From contig CAXHJY010000644.1 of the NCBI GenBank assembly GCA_964016885.1, forward strand, positions 124,001 to 188,000: a stretch of 64,000 nt of DNA, read 5' to 3'. Both the position numbers and the translations under genes were made by a program. This DNA comes from Eledone cirrhosa. Its lineage: Eukaryota. Shown here one piece after another: positions 38,250 to 52,500 of this stretch. The stretch's first letter is position 1. Every line of letters starts with the position of its first letter. The notes under the pieces were generated by a model. The model searched no databases, was not told where the DNA came from, and saw nothing but the letters and a program-made list of their open reading frames with translations.

Positions 38250-39236
38250 CATACACACATATATACTAGACATGAAAAATGCGCAAGCTCAAAAGTGCCA
38301 CAGAATGTTATAATAAACCTTCAAAAGTGTGGGACTAGAGTTGTTGCTAAAAAATATTGTAATCATTATATATCGTACATTCTGTGGCATCCTTTATAAA
38401 AATAGCTTAAACCAACGAAGCCTTTATTTTTACGCTATTTCACTTAGTTAATATAATGCAGATATATAATTTTAGTCAGCCATATTAATCCAAAGTATCA
38501 GAGGATTTTTGTGTTGCTAAAAAAGGCACAAAAATAGTGTATGTATTTTCACATAAAAGGCTTTACCTTATATAATTATCTCATATAATATTGAATCTAC
38601 GAGAGTTTTATGTTATTTGTTTTGAGAAAAATACCTTACTATCAGTATGAGTGGCTAATTATGGCCAGTTTGAATAGAAAGAGGCGAGAGAATTATGGTC
38701 GGATATGGTCTCTTTAAATGCTAAAGCGCTAGAGAGTTTCTGGTACAAAAATTAATACAGGAATTTAAAATATAATACAACATTGAAAGTAGTTGATATA
38801 ATGGATAAAAAATAAAAGATTTATAAAATTAGATAATAATAGATAAAAATATGCTTAATTTAAGATAAAATATTGATAAAATTATAATACATAAAAATTG
38901 ATATCATACGGAGAGTATAGTTCAGTGACAAAATGGTCACACGAATATGGTTGAGTGACATGTGTTTTCAATATTATATCTCAAAAGGCCATAGTAGCTG
39001 CAAACCAATTTCACAATTTCCCGAGGGTAAAAAAAACAGCAGACATTCACCATGAAGATAATATATCTCAATGGTGGGACTGGATTCATATTCTAATAAA
39101 TTCAGAAATGCCCTAAAGAAATAGAAACAAAGCAATAGTTAGAGATAACAAGACATCTCTCAACCTCTGTTACTTTTTCTTAGGATCAAGCAAATTTTTC
39201 CAAAAATGCTTGCTGCTGTACATTGGCGGTGAAAGT

Positions 39237-42200
39237 TCAATTCAACTTTTCTAAAAACAACAGGTAGTTGTTAAGCAGTTTCGACGGGAAACCTATATAC
39301 TGCTTGGAAAAAACGGCATCGTTAATAATGTCCCATCTGTCCTGATTGCGGACGATGCTGGTGTAGTGCCCGGAGTCTGCACTAGCCAGTGAATGCAAGA
39401 CGGAGCCGATTAGTCGGAATTTTTGGCCGTAAATGCTCTGCTTGTTCGGAGAGAAATTCATCAACTCAGAATCAATTCTGATCATCTGATTGTTTGTATA
39501 TTCGAATCTATTCAAATAAACAACCAAGTAACGCATTGTGTTTGGAAATACATGGTTAACTGTACCAAAGTGCTCGGTGTCAATGCCACACAGATCGCAT
39601 CTCTTAATGAGCGAAACATCAGTTTTGAGCAAGCTTTTGAATTGCTGCCGACCATTAACAGGCTGCAACGTCAGATCAGACTTGACATCAGTTATATATG
39701 TGCAAGTGCCACAGCCGTTGATCGATGCACAATAACATTCATCATTGTGCAATCTGGGGCAATTGTGCTCGTGTTTTCTAGTGCAGCTGAGCCAAGTATT
39801 TTCCTCAAAGGTGAATAGTTGTTTAATTTTTTTAGAGAACAACTGATAAATGTGCTTCCAAAAATCGTGCGCACACTGTTGGGTACCATTATTAAACCTG
39901 CCACCGAGAATATTTCTCAAATTTGCGACCGATTTAGTTCCAGATGACGATATAATATCGCTAATTTCACGAATAGCAACATCATCAGTGGACTGAATGT
40001 GTTCAACCAACAACACCAGCTGGCGTATAACTTGCATGGTGCTGTTTACAAAGCAAGCATTTCTCTCATTGATCAGCGAAATGTACGGCTTTGCAACCGT
40101 TTTCTCAGTTCTGGCCTTTTTTGGATTCGCCAAGTTGACCATTCCACTGTCAATATTAATAGCAAATTTACTTTTTTTAGTTGCTTTTTTGGCCTGTCCA
40201 ATACTGTTGGGCCTCACGTTACACAATGGAAGCGGTCCCATATTAATGGTCTCTCTCAAATAATTGTATTCTCTCCAAGCACTAGAGTCGCACATGATCA
40301 AACTCGTTGGATCAAGATCAATCAAGTAAACATTGCACAGTTTGCGGGCTCTAGACAAGGCTACATAGGCCATACCGTCTGCAAAAACGCCAGTGCCCAA
40401 ATCAACAACGACTCCATCGACACTTATTCCCTGTGATTTGTGGATGGAAATTGCATATGCAATGCACAAGGGATATTGTTCTCTAGTGATAAAAACACTA
40501 GGAGACAATTCGTAATCGGCTTTGACACGTTTGATGGCAACAATTTGGTTTGTACTCTCAAAGAGAACGTCAATGGAAGTAATTTTTCCAAACTCATAAT
40601 TGAGTTGCTTTACAGTTCCCATTGCACCATTGCACAAGCCTTTCTCAAGATCGATGTTGCGTTTAAGCATAACTCGAGCATTAACGCCAACTTTAAGAAC
40701 AGTTTCAAGGCCAGCAGTATCAGAAGTCTTTTTAGTGGTCAGCTTTTTTCTTATTGTTTTCTTTTGACATTTGGTTTGCCTCATATTCGAATCAATAGCC
40801 ATAAGTTCAACGGTATTAATGCCAAGTTTATTGAGCATTGCAGCGTTAAACTTTTCTACTGACTCGTTTAGAGGCATGATACAGACGATACTCAAATTAG
40901 AAGTCTGTATCAGCTCACACATTTTGTAAGCAACCTGATCAATGGAAGCTTTGCCGTTGAGATCAATTCTATGCTTATTTAGAATTTCAATATCTGAATC
41001 AAGTGGTGAACCCAGCCTTATTCGGCCGAGCATGTCAACATAATTATCCAAGTCTTCTTTCTGACGCATGTTGACTGTCAACTCGTCGTACTTGAAGTAC
41101 CTCCACAAATGGTGGCTGCTGACGCCTATGCATGATCTTTGTGCATCTTGGTGAGTAACTTTGTTAAACACCGGCTTTTCTCTAACAGGCGGTAATTGAA
41201 GCAAATCTCCAAAAACAACAATGTTCATTCGCCCGAAAGGAGAAATGCCTTGGGCAAAGTCACAAAACAATTGGCACAATCTCAAGTGAATGAATGCCAA
41301 CTGCAAATGACTGACCATGCTAATCTCATCGATTATGATCAGTCGGACATATTGAAGCCCCATCCTCAGCATTTTCAAAAAGTCCTTTGGTAGATCATCG
41401 TACACGGGAGTTTTACCGTGCTGCACTTTGAGCTTTAGCATTCGATGAACAGTCATGCCGTTGAGTTGGAAAGCAGCCATTCCTGTGGGTGCCGATATCA
41501 CTACGCTCGGGCCATTGTCATTTGGATACATGTACTGAATTTTATCAGCCAGTACATTTATCAAAAAACTCTTGCCTGTGCCACCAACACCTGAAACAAA
41601 TTTCAAGACTTGTGGACAATCATCGCAACTACATCTCGGATAAGGTTTGCTGTTGTCCCAATGTTTGTCTTGTTTGTCAATACCGGCAACGATATCGTCA
41701 TAAATTTTTCTTTGCACTTCATTCAGTTTATTTTCTTTATGCCTCAGTGCATCCTCATTGACATCTCTCATGCAAGGCAAATCGACATTAGCATCATCAA
41801 CTGCCAACGCCTCCATGTGATCACCGCAAGAATGGTCATCATTATCATGAGACTGAGGTTCGTTTTGAATATGTTTGGCTTGTTCCAGCGCATTCTCCAA
41901 ACGTTTGCGCACATTCTGGAACCTGACCATTTCAGATAAATGGTTTGCACACTGTTCAAAAGACTCTTTATAAGTCTCACAACCTCCCAGCAAGTCTTTT
42001 TCCTCGTCTCGCCAAGGTTTAAAGAGCATAAGCAGGTTGTGGTGATAGCGCTCACAGGTATCTGCAGTCAATCTAATGTTTGGCGACTTCACAATCCGCT
42101 CTTTCACAGATTTGAAATAGCCAAGATTATTTCTCAACCTGAAGTCGTCATCAAAATTGCTGTTACCAATTGGATTCACATGTTCGTATTTACTCGCAAG

Positions 42201-44585
42201 TTCATACAAACACATGTGCTCCATCGAATCAGGCCTGTTTGGATACCAATTTTCGACCATATTCTCGTAATAAAGATCGGTAGAATACGGTTTCAATTTA
42301 TCCAGTTCATACTGAGGCCTGAACCTGTGGGATCGGTAACTAGGCAAATCGGCCCCAATCCAAATGAGGCTTTCAGAGCATCCATAAAAATGGTGGCCAA
42401 GCAATTTGTCTGCAGCCTCATAGGCACCTGTATCACGCTTGCCCATCAGCTTAAGTCCGACACTCTTGTATCTGGAGTAAATGGACTTGGACTTGTCAAT
42501 CTCAGCCCAAATACCTTCAGTTTCAGTCTTTTCGGACTTTGTCTGATAACTAGTAACATATCGGTTTAGAATCATGCTATCTTCACCGATGTATTGGATA
42601 TCGACATTAGCTTTCCAGACATACAGAACAACAGGATTGTAGTCATTGATGCACTCTTCCCCTTGTCGTCTGTCAAGCTTGTACAACTTTTTGACAGCTC
42701 TACCTTTGTGTCGAGATTTTATGCACTCGTTGACGCTAAGCAAATTGAAATTCCCGATAGGACGAGGAAATCCAAACCTGCATCGAGTGTAAAAACGACC
42801 ACTCGAAAATATTTGCCTTTTGCAGGATCCACTACACACATGTCGTTGAAAACGCAACACCAAGTCTGACAAAACGGGGCTTTCTACATTGGACGGCATG
42901 CGACATGTGATCATGGACTGTATAAACGTCTGAATAGCATACTTGTCGTCTCTGTCCATAATAGGGCCATCTTTAATCCATAATTTCATATGAACATGCG
43001 GAGCACCTCTCATTTGGTATTCCAACCTCCAAAAAAAGTGCTCGACAATACCAAACGGAGAATTGGTATGTTTAACAACTTCTTTCATAAAGGTGGTGAA
43101 CCGATGGTGAAAATGTTCGCTAACAGCCACCACGTCATCCGCGCACAACTCATTGGTGCGTTTTCTAGAAATGTCTGGTATGTCAGCATTCAACTTTTCC
43201 AGGAACTCTCTCAGATCAGGCCAAAAGTACTCTGCACAAGACAAAGTTAAGAACAAGTGGGCCGGGCCAAATTTCTCGTCCATAGCCATCAAGTCTGAAC
43301 ATTTTCTAGACCAAAACTGCTTGGAACCACGGACATTGGCCATCATCATATTTAAATTGCCCTCTAGGTGCCTGTCATTTTCATGAAGCCGCCTTCTAAA
43401 CTCGCTTATAGTCATGCGGCTGTTTTTGGTGGTCTTCATGATGGCATATATACCAGAATCAATGCCTCTCTTGTCGGCTTTATCAAGACAAAACATGAGA
43501 TATTGTATATCTCGCCGAAATCTAGAGTCGCTATGATTCAGTCTGTTTCTTATGAACATGTATGGCTTTACAGCGCCAAACGGTCTATTGTCCACGAAAA
43601 TGCCAAACTGACCAGTTGGATAAAGACAAGGAAAGCACAACAACTCAAGTTTTTTATCATTGTCTGCAATGAAATCGCCTTCCACTCTTTTCATTTTGTA
43701 CAAAGCCAAGTCAGTGTCTGCAGGGAGACACGGATTCATGTCTTTAACAGTGTGATGCTCATAGGTAATGCCAGCATTCGATTTAAGTAAAAGATTATCG
43801 AATTTGGCATTATTAACTCCCGAGCACTCGACAATGTTTTCATTTTCCGTATCGGCGTAGCGATTGATCTTAACATCGGCATACATTACATTGTTTGCTG
43901 CAAGCCAATCAAGTGCCTTCAATACTTTACTCATGTCTACCATTGAACGCCAGATAATTTGTTTCCGCGAAGGCAAGCTATCAACGACTATTTTAAGCAT
44001 GTCGTCTTGAAGCGCAGGTAACGTATCCATGGTGCGGTTAATAGTTCCGTCCATAGGCAAAGGCAAGTGAATTGCAATTCCTTTAATAGCAGAAATGCAT
44101 GCTGAAATATTGCCTTTGAATGAGTATGGCACCAGTTTTATTACATTGACGAAACATTTGGCCCGTTGTACAAGTATTCGCTCATATGTATTAAGATCAG
44201 CAAGTTCTTTGGGAACGGCAGCAACGCCCAAGCCATTTATTGAGGCCATTGAAGGCACCCCACTGTTTCGCAAATGTGTAGTGCATGTTGTGCAGACTGT
44301 GCAAGGCAAAGAGTAGTTGGCAGTTATTGCATCCTTTGCAATGGCCGTTTTAAAATATCTAGAGTTCCAATTATCCCAAACTTTTAGTTCCTTGCTATAT
44401 TTGCGCAGTTTGCAGATATGACAATGTTGGATTTTATAGTTGGTAATTTCAGATTGAAATCTTTGAACTTGATTACCATATTTATGAATGACATCTGCAT
44501 CAGTGTGTTCGACATCATTGAAACCAGTGCACATATTATTGAATTTAACTGCAATAGCACGCTCAATGTTGGCAACGTCTGTCAA
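39237..44585 (-). CDS. Helentron-type HUH Rep, PIF1 helicase and C-terminal USP (peptidase C19)-like domain, 1782 aa; true start uncertain
   Basis: LFLTLSCAE, RLEYQMRGAPHVHMKLW, YNP..L..W.ANVDIQY (Rep); GVGGTGKS, APTGMAA, IIIDEISMV, FGDLLQLPPV, TVNMRQ, AISIHKSQG, YVALSR (PIF1); LINERNACFVNSTMQ, QQCAHDF, SGHYTS, WDIIND (USP). Confidence 0.92.
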   Translation of the reverse strand: MTDVANIERAIAVKFNNMCTGFNDVEHTDADVIHKYGNQVQRFQSEITNYKIQHCHICKLRKYSKELKVWDNWNSRYFKTAIAKDAITANYSLPCTVCTTCTTHLRNSGVPSMASINGLGVAAVPKELADLNTYERILVQRAKCFVNVIKLVPYSFKGNISACISAIKGIAIHLPLPMDGTINRTMDTLPALQDDMLKIVVDSLPSRKQIIWRSMVDMSKVLKALDWLAANNVMYADVKINRYADTENENIVECSGVNNAKFDNLLLKSNAGITYEHHTVKDMNPCLPADTDLALYKMKRVEGDFIADNDKKLELLCFPCLYPTGQFGIFVDNRPFGAVKPYMFIRNRLNHSDSRFRRDIQYLMFCLDKADKRGIDSGIYAIMKTTKNSRMTISEFRRRLHENDRHLEGNLNMMMANVRGSKQFWSRKCSDLMAMDEKFGPAHLFLTLSCAEYFWPDLREFLEKLNADIPDISRKRTNELCADDVVAVSEHFHHRFTTFMKEVVKHTNSPFGIVEHFFWRLEYQMRGAPHVHMKLWIKDGPIMDRDDKYAIQTFIQSMITCRMPSNVESPVLSDLVLRFQRHVCSGSCKRQIFSSGRFYTRCRFGFPRPIGNFNLLSVNECIKSRHKGRAVKKLYKLDRRQGEECINDYNPVVLYVWKANVDIQYIGEDSMILNRYVTSYQTKSEKTETEGIWAEIDKSKSIYSRYKSVGLKLMGKRDTGAYEAADKLLGHHFYGCSESLIWIGADLPSYRSHRFRPQYELDKLKPYSTDLYYENMVENWYPNRPDSMEHMCLYELASKYEHVNPIGNSNFDDDFRLRNNLGYFKSVKERIVKSPNIRLTADTCERYHHNLLMLFKPWRDEEKDLLGGCETYKESFEQCANHLSEMVRFQNVRKRLENALEQAKHIQNEPQSHDNDDHSCGDHMEALAVDDANVDLPCMRDVNEDALRHKENKLNEVQRKIYDDIVAGIDKQDKHWDNSKPYPRCSCDDCPQVLKFVSGVGGTGKSFLINVLADKIQYMYPNDNGPSVVISAPTGMAAFQLNGMTVHRMLKLKVQHGKTPVYDDLPKDFLKMLRMGLQYVRLIIIDEISMVSHLQLAFIHLRLCQLFCDFAQGISPFGRMNIVVFGDLLQLPPVREKPVFNKVTHQDAQRSCIGVSSHHLWRYFKYDELTVNMRQKEDLDNYVDMLGRIRLGSPLDSDIEILNKHRIDLNGKASIDQVAYKMCELIQTSNLSIVCIMPLNESVEKFNAAMLNKLGINTVELMAIDSNMRQTKCQKKTIRKKLTTKKTSDTAGLETVLKVGVNARVMLKRNIDLEKGLCNGAMGTVKQLNYEFGKITSIDVLFESTNQIVAIKRVKADYELSPSVFITREQYPLCIAYAISIHKSQGISVDGVVVDLGTGVFADGMAYVALSRARKLCNVYLIDLDPTSLIMCDSSAWREYNYLRETINMGPLPLCNVRPNSIGQAKKATKKSKFAINIDSGMVNLANPKKARTEKTVAKPYISLINERNACFVNSTMQVIRQLVLLVEHIQSTDDVAIREISDIISSSGTKSVANLRNILGGRFNNGTQQCAHDFWKHIYQLFSKKIKQLFTFEENTWLSCTRKHEHNCPRLHNDECYCASINGCGTCTYITDVKSDLTLQPVNGRQQFKSLLKTDVSLIKRCDLCGIDTEHFGTVNHVFPNTMRYLVVYLNRFEYTNNQMIRIDSELMNFSPNKQSIYGQKFRLIGSVLHSLASADSGHYTSIVRNQDRWDIINDAVFSKQYIGFPSKLLNNYLLFLEKLN

Positions 44586-44657
44586 ATTCTCAAAGTTGGT
44601 CCAATCGCCATTGAAAACAGCTTCATTGTACTTGTTGAGCCAAATACATAAGGACCG

Positions 44658-46304
<1,647 letters not shown>

Positions 46305-46307
46305 CAT

Positions 46308-46344
<37 letters not shown>

Positions 46345-46351
46345 CATACAT

Positions 46352-46400
<49 letters not shown>

Positions 46401-46407
46401 CATACAT

Positions 46408-46460
<53 letters not shown>

Positions 46461-46467
46461 CATACAT

Positions 46468-46500
<33 letters not shown>

Positions 46501-46511
46501 CATACATACAT

Positions 46512-46546
<35 letters not shown>

Positions 46547-46595
46547 CATACATATACATACATACATATATATATATATATACATACACATATAT

Positions 46596-47527
46596 ATTCC
46601 TTCCTTGCTCACATTTCAACCAGGTTTGATGGTCTTTATTCTCTCGTTCACGATTTCACCGAACTTAAATTCATAGAAATCTGGGACTTGTCTCTTTCTT
46701 CCTCACTTTCTGTTGCTTCACCATTTTGTTTGTTTACCCTCGCGTCCCCTTCATTTACGTGTCTCAACGACTTTTTTTTAGCCGTTGCTCGCACCAACCG
46801 GATGTATATGGTCTTTAAAGCGATGAAATGCCTATGATGGTTGGAAGATCACTGATGAAGGACAAACTTTTTTCATATGTAACCCATTTGCAACTCCGCA
46901 GCGCCCTTATTATCATATTTACACATATTTTTTCCTCTGCTGCTACACCGTCTTTTTCGTTCTATGTATCTTTACCCTTTCTAGCAGTCTCTCTCTGTTA
47001 GCCTCTTCCTCACCCTTCACTCACTCATTCTCTGTCACTACCTCTCCTCCTCTTTCTTCCCGTTTGACCTGTGAGTAATTCTTTTCTCTCGCACTCTCGG
47101 CCAAGCTGGTCGGAATTTTTTCTCTCTCTCGTCTACGATTTCACAGAACTTATGTTTACCGAATTCGCAGACCAGACCCCTTCTTCCTCCCGTTAGACCT
47201 TTGCGAAATTCCTTCCTTGCTCACATTTCAACCAGGTTTGATGGTCTTTATTCTCTCGTTCACGATTTCACCGAACTTAAATTCATAGAAATCTGGGACT
47301 TGTCTCTTTCTTCCTCACTTTCTGTTGCTTCACCATTTTGTTTGTTTACCCTCGCGTCCCCTTTATTTACGTGTCCCAACGACTTTTTTTAGCCGTTGCT
47401 CGCACCAACCGGAGGTATATGGTCTTTAAAGCGATGAAATGTCTATGATGGTTGGAAGATCACTGATGAAGGACAAACTTTTTTCATATGTAACCCATTT
47501 GCAACTCCGCAGCGCCCTTATTATCAT
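46596..47527 (+). repeat. Partial tandem element, ~611-bp unit (about 1.5 copies), retrozyme-like
   Basis: ATTCCTTCCTTGCTCAC at 46596 and 47208; microsatellite flanks; shares motifs with 24750-26427. Confidence 0.9.
47372..47475 (+). ncRNA. Putative permuted, pseudoknotted hammerhead-like RNA (second copy at 46760-46864)
   Basis: Same architecture as 24800-24901 with compensatory changes. Confidence 0.65.
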
Positions 47528-47670
47528 ATATATATATATACATACATACACACACACATATATATACATACATACACACACATATATATATACATACATA
47601 CACACACATATATATATACATATATATATATACATACATATATATATATACATACATACATACACATATA

Positions 47671-50600
47671 TCTATATATATAATTTCCGTTCTGTGTGTG
47701 TGTGTAAAAGAGTTTCACTTGGAAAATATTCCATCCATCTCTGTCAAATTAAACACATAGCCAAAATAGGCTACGGTTTGTAACATAAAGAAAAAATTAT
47801 TTCATAATGATTAATTTCGAAGTCACAAACTTCGATTTTATAATCTTATAGGCTTTTGCACTAACAAATTCCATGACGGCCATTAGAGAGAGCGTTCCTT
47901 TTACACACTTCTTAACTGTCCCCCTTCCACAACACGACGTTATGGGATGGTATGTGTATGTGCGTGTGTATATGTGTGTGTATGTGTTTGTGTGTGTATG
48001 TGTGCATGCATGTGTGTGTATGTGTGCATGCATGTGTGTGTGTGTAATTTCCATTACGGCCAGAGAGAGAAGGATGTGTGAGAGGGAGATAGAAAGAGAG
48101 GAGTGAGAGAGAGTAAAATAAAGAAAGAGAGGAGTGTGTGTGACGCGAATATATTAAATACAGCGTTTATAATTTTAACTTATTTATTACTCTTCTTAAC
48201 TCTCCCCCTTCCACAACGTCACGTCTTGGGATTGTGTGCGTATGTGTGTGTGTTTGTGTATATGTGTGTGTATGTTTGTGTGTGTATGTGTTTGTGTGTA
48301 CGTGCGTATGTGTGTGCGTGTGTGTGTGTGTATGTGTATAAATGTGTTAATTGTAAGAAATAACACGATACTTGAGCGATAAATACAGTGTTTATAATGT
48401 TAACTTATTTATTACACTTCTTAACTCTCCCCCTTCCACAACGTCACGTCTTGGGATTGTGTGTGTATGTGTGTGTGTGTATGTGTGTGCGTGTGTGCAT
48501 GTGTGTGTATGTGTAGAAATGTGTTAATTGAAAGAAATAACAGACGATACTTTTTATTCAAAAATTAAACGCTAAAGCAGTTTTGATGTCATAAATCATA
48601 TTTTCAAAGTGAAAATCGTCATTTCTTTAATACTTATTCAGAGGTTGAAATATATTTACTGTTTGTCTTTTGGTTTTTTATCAAATATTTACACATTGCT
48701 CAACCGACACTGCTAAACACGATATTAGCAAAATTATTTTGTAAGTATGAAAATCTAATATATAATTCCCGTGTAGAAAAAGCAGATGATAAAATATACT
48801 TTTTCGTCTTGCTTATTATTACAAAAATTTACACATTGTACACAACTATTTATTTCTTTTAATTGATTTGTATCAGCTTTATTCAATTACATATTTTCGG
48901 TAGAATGCCTCGAAAAAGAAAGAGTAACATTGGAAAAAAAAACAAAAAATGCTTTTGCTTTGCGTTCTTTGCGCGCAAGCGAAACAGAAGAACAATGTGT
49001 GCTACGGCGTGCTCGCAATGCTGCTTCTACCTCGATCGCCAGAGCATTACAAACAACTGAACAAGCAGAACTCCGGCGTGCTCACAATGCTGCCTCTACT
49101 TTGAACATCAGAGCATTACAGAAAGCTGAACAAGCAGAACTCCGGCGTGCTCGCAATGCTGCTTCTAATTCCAATAGCCGTGCTTTAGAGACTGTTGACC
49201 AAAGGGCAACAAGGCTTGCGGCTGATTCTCAACGGAAAATGCGTACTTATGTCTTTCTGAGGGATTCTTCCTGTTACTGGTCTAAGAAAGGTTTTCAATA
49301 CAACCCCCAAGAGGACTACGCATCCCATCCACATATCATCATTGGTAGTATGTCAACAGTTTGCGTCCATTGTAATGCAATGAGGTGGCCAGCTGAATCT
49401 ACCGGTATATGTTGCTCCAATGGAACGGTTAGATTGCCTTATTTACAAGTCGGTGCCGAACCTTTGAATTCTCTGCTGCTTGGAGACCACCCTGATTCTA
49501 AACACTTTTTCAGAAATATAAGAGCCTACAATTCGGCTTTCCAAATGACAAGCTTTGGTCATACAACAATAAAAAGATGGGAATTATATGTCCACATTTA
49601 AAGTGCAAAGCCAAATTTACCATCAAATAGGATCACTTATTCCACAAGATGGCAAAGAACACAGTTTTCTCCAGATCTACTTTATGGGCAACGGACCTGA
49701 AGAAATTGCACGAAGGGCTTCAGTTGCTAAAGGAACGACACCTTCTCTTCTGCAGCCCCTTCAATATATGCTTCATTCCATAAACCCGTACATCACCATT
49801 TTCAAAACTGCTTTACAACGTAGAGATGCTAACAACAATCAATATAAGGTTGTCATTCGAAATGACCGCGCTCCACCAGGGCAACATCAGGGTTGCTTTA
49901 ATAGACCCCAAACCGATGAAGTTGCGGTGATTATAACACGTCCTAATCAGAGCGCTTCAAACCGTGATATTGTTATTGAATGGCAGGACTCGCATCTTCA
50001 AAAAATAAATGAATTTCATCCCGCATATGATGCTCTCCAGTATCCATTGCTGTTCCCCTTTGGCGACGATGGCTACCGCATTGATTTGCAAAAGGGTAAT
50101 CCTGTAAGTTTAATGCATCTTACACCAGGGAAAACCATTTCACAAATGGAATTTTATGCATTTAGACTTATGTTTCGCAAAAACGATGTCAACATTCTGC
50201 ATAGAACACGGATGCTCCTCAATCAATACTGTGTAGACATATTTGCTAAGATTGACACTGAACGCCTCCAATGGATAAGACATCATCAAAAGGAACTGCG
50301 TTCAGAAGAATACGGCAATCTACGTGACGAAGTAAACCGAAATGATCAGGCTAATGCTTCGGATGTTGGGCTTTCTGTCATTCTCCCATCATCATACACT
50401 GGAGGCCCCCGTTACATGCATGAAAAAATGCAAGATGCTCTGACCTATGTCCACCATTGTGGCCGTCCTGATCTTTTTATCACCTTTACATGCAATCCAA
50501 AATGGTTTGACATCCAGTCTCATTTACTGTTTGTCTTTCGGTTATTAATTAAAAAAATTACACATTGTTCAACCGACACGGCTAACGATACATTTCTCTA

Positions 50601-50792
50601 TGTTCACATTTTAATGACACATATCTGTAAATAAAACTTGCTCTTTTTGAATACCGTCTCATTTTTTTTAATTGAAAGAGTTGATCAGGTAAAATTATCC
50701 TCCAAGTTAAACATACAACACGGAAATTGACCATTAACATTGCAGCCCTACCAAGAACTGACACCGTCCAATGGACGGGAGTCATTTGCTAG
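47671..50792 (+). mobile_element. Canonical Helitron, internally deleted
   Basis: A|TCTATATATATAA 5' end; CCGTCCAATGGACGG hairpin then CTAG|T 3' end; three short repeats in the 5' region. Confidence 0.9.
48905..50525 (+). pseudogene. Canonical Helitron RepHel N-terminal half, frameshifted and truncated before the HUH motif
   Basis: MPRKRKS; ASETEEQ-type repeats; C..C.A.RW..E..G.CC..G; NIRAYNSAFQMTSFG; YDALQYPLLFP.G..GY; ILPSSYTGGPRYM; GRPDLFITFTCNPKW. Confidence 0.9.
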
Positions 50793-51644
<852 letters not shown>

Positions 51645-51650
<6 letters not shown>

Positions 51651-52481
51651 GGAGCCGCAGAAAGCCAAATACTGGATTTTACCAACCTTCCAGGGGTCCG
51701 GGTAAATTTTCAATACCCGAATTACTTGATCGTTTTTTGGGGGGGCTATGCGAATGATTGTTTAACCATCGTCTCAGTGTGTTTGGCCTTTAACGTTTGT
51801 TATAGCTCTGGTTCATCTGAATCATTGAGCACTTGCCTCACATCTCGGAGGTTGTTTTTCGTTATTTCGTGGGCCGAAATGTGAATCTCGATAATTTATG
51901 TTTGTATTTATCTCCAGACTCTAGCTATTGACCAGTTAATTTTCTTGATTTTTTAGTTGATTCTATTGACTGGTGAATAGCTTATGTTAATTGTAACCCT
52001 TCTGTTGAGAACTCTATTCGATTTGTGATGTTTTTGCATTCTTGCAAGAATATACACAACTGAATTTATTCGCCTGATATAGGGGCTGCCTCCCTTGCCG
52101 ATCCCCACGTGGAGTCAGCAATAGTCAGTCCTTGTATTAACATTGAACTAAAACCTGTTGGGAAAGTGGCTTCCTTGTTCTTACCAGAAGCCTGACATTA
52201 TTTATGTAAGCGGACGGTACTTGATTTAGGAGCCGCAGAAACCCAAATACTGGATTTTACCAACCTTCCAGGGGTCCGGGTAAATTTTCAATACCCGAAT
52301 TACTTGATCGTTTTTTTTTTTGGCTATGCGAATGATTGTTTAACCATCGTCTCAGTGTGTTTGGCATTTAACGTTTGTTATAGCTCTGGTTCATCTGAAT
52401 CATTGAACACTTGCCTCACATCTCAGAGGTTGTTTTTCGTTATTTCGTGGGCCGAAATGCGAATCTCGATAATTTATGTTT
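51645..52481. repeat. Partial tandem element, ~578-bp unit (about 1.45 copies)
   Basis: GATTTAGGAGCCGCAGAAA at 51645 and 52223; (GA)n and (TA)n flanks. Confidence 0.88.
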
Positions 52482-52500
52482 TATATATATATATATATAT

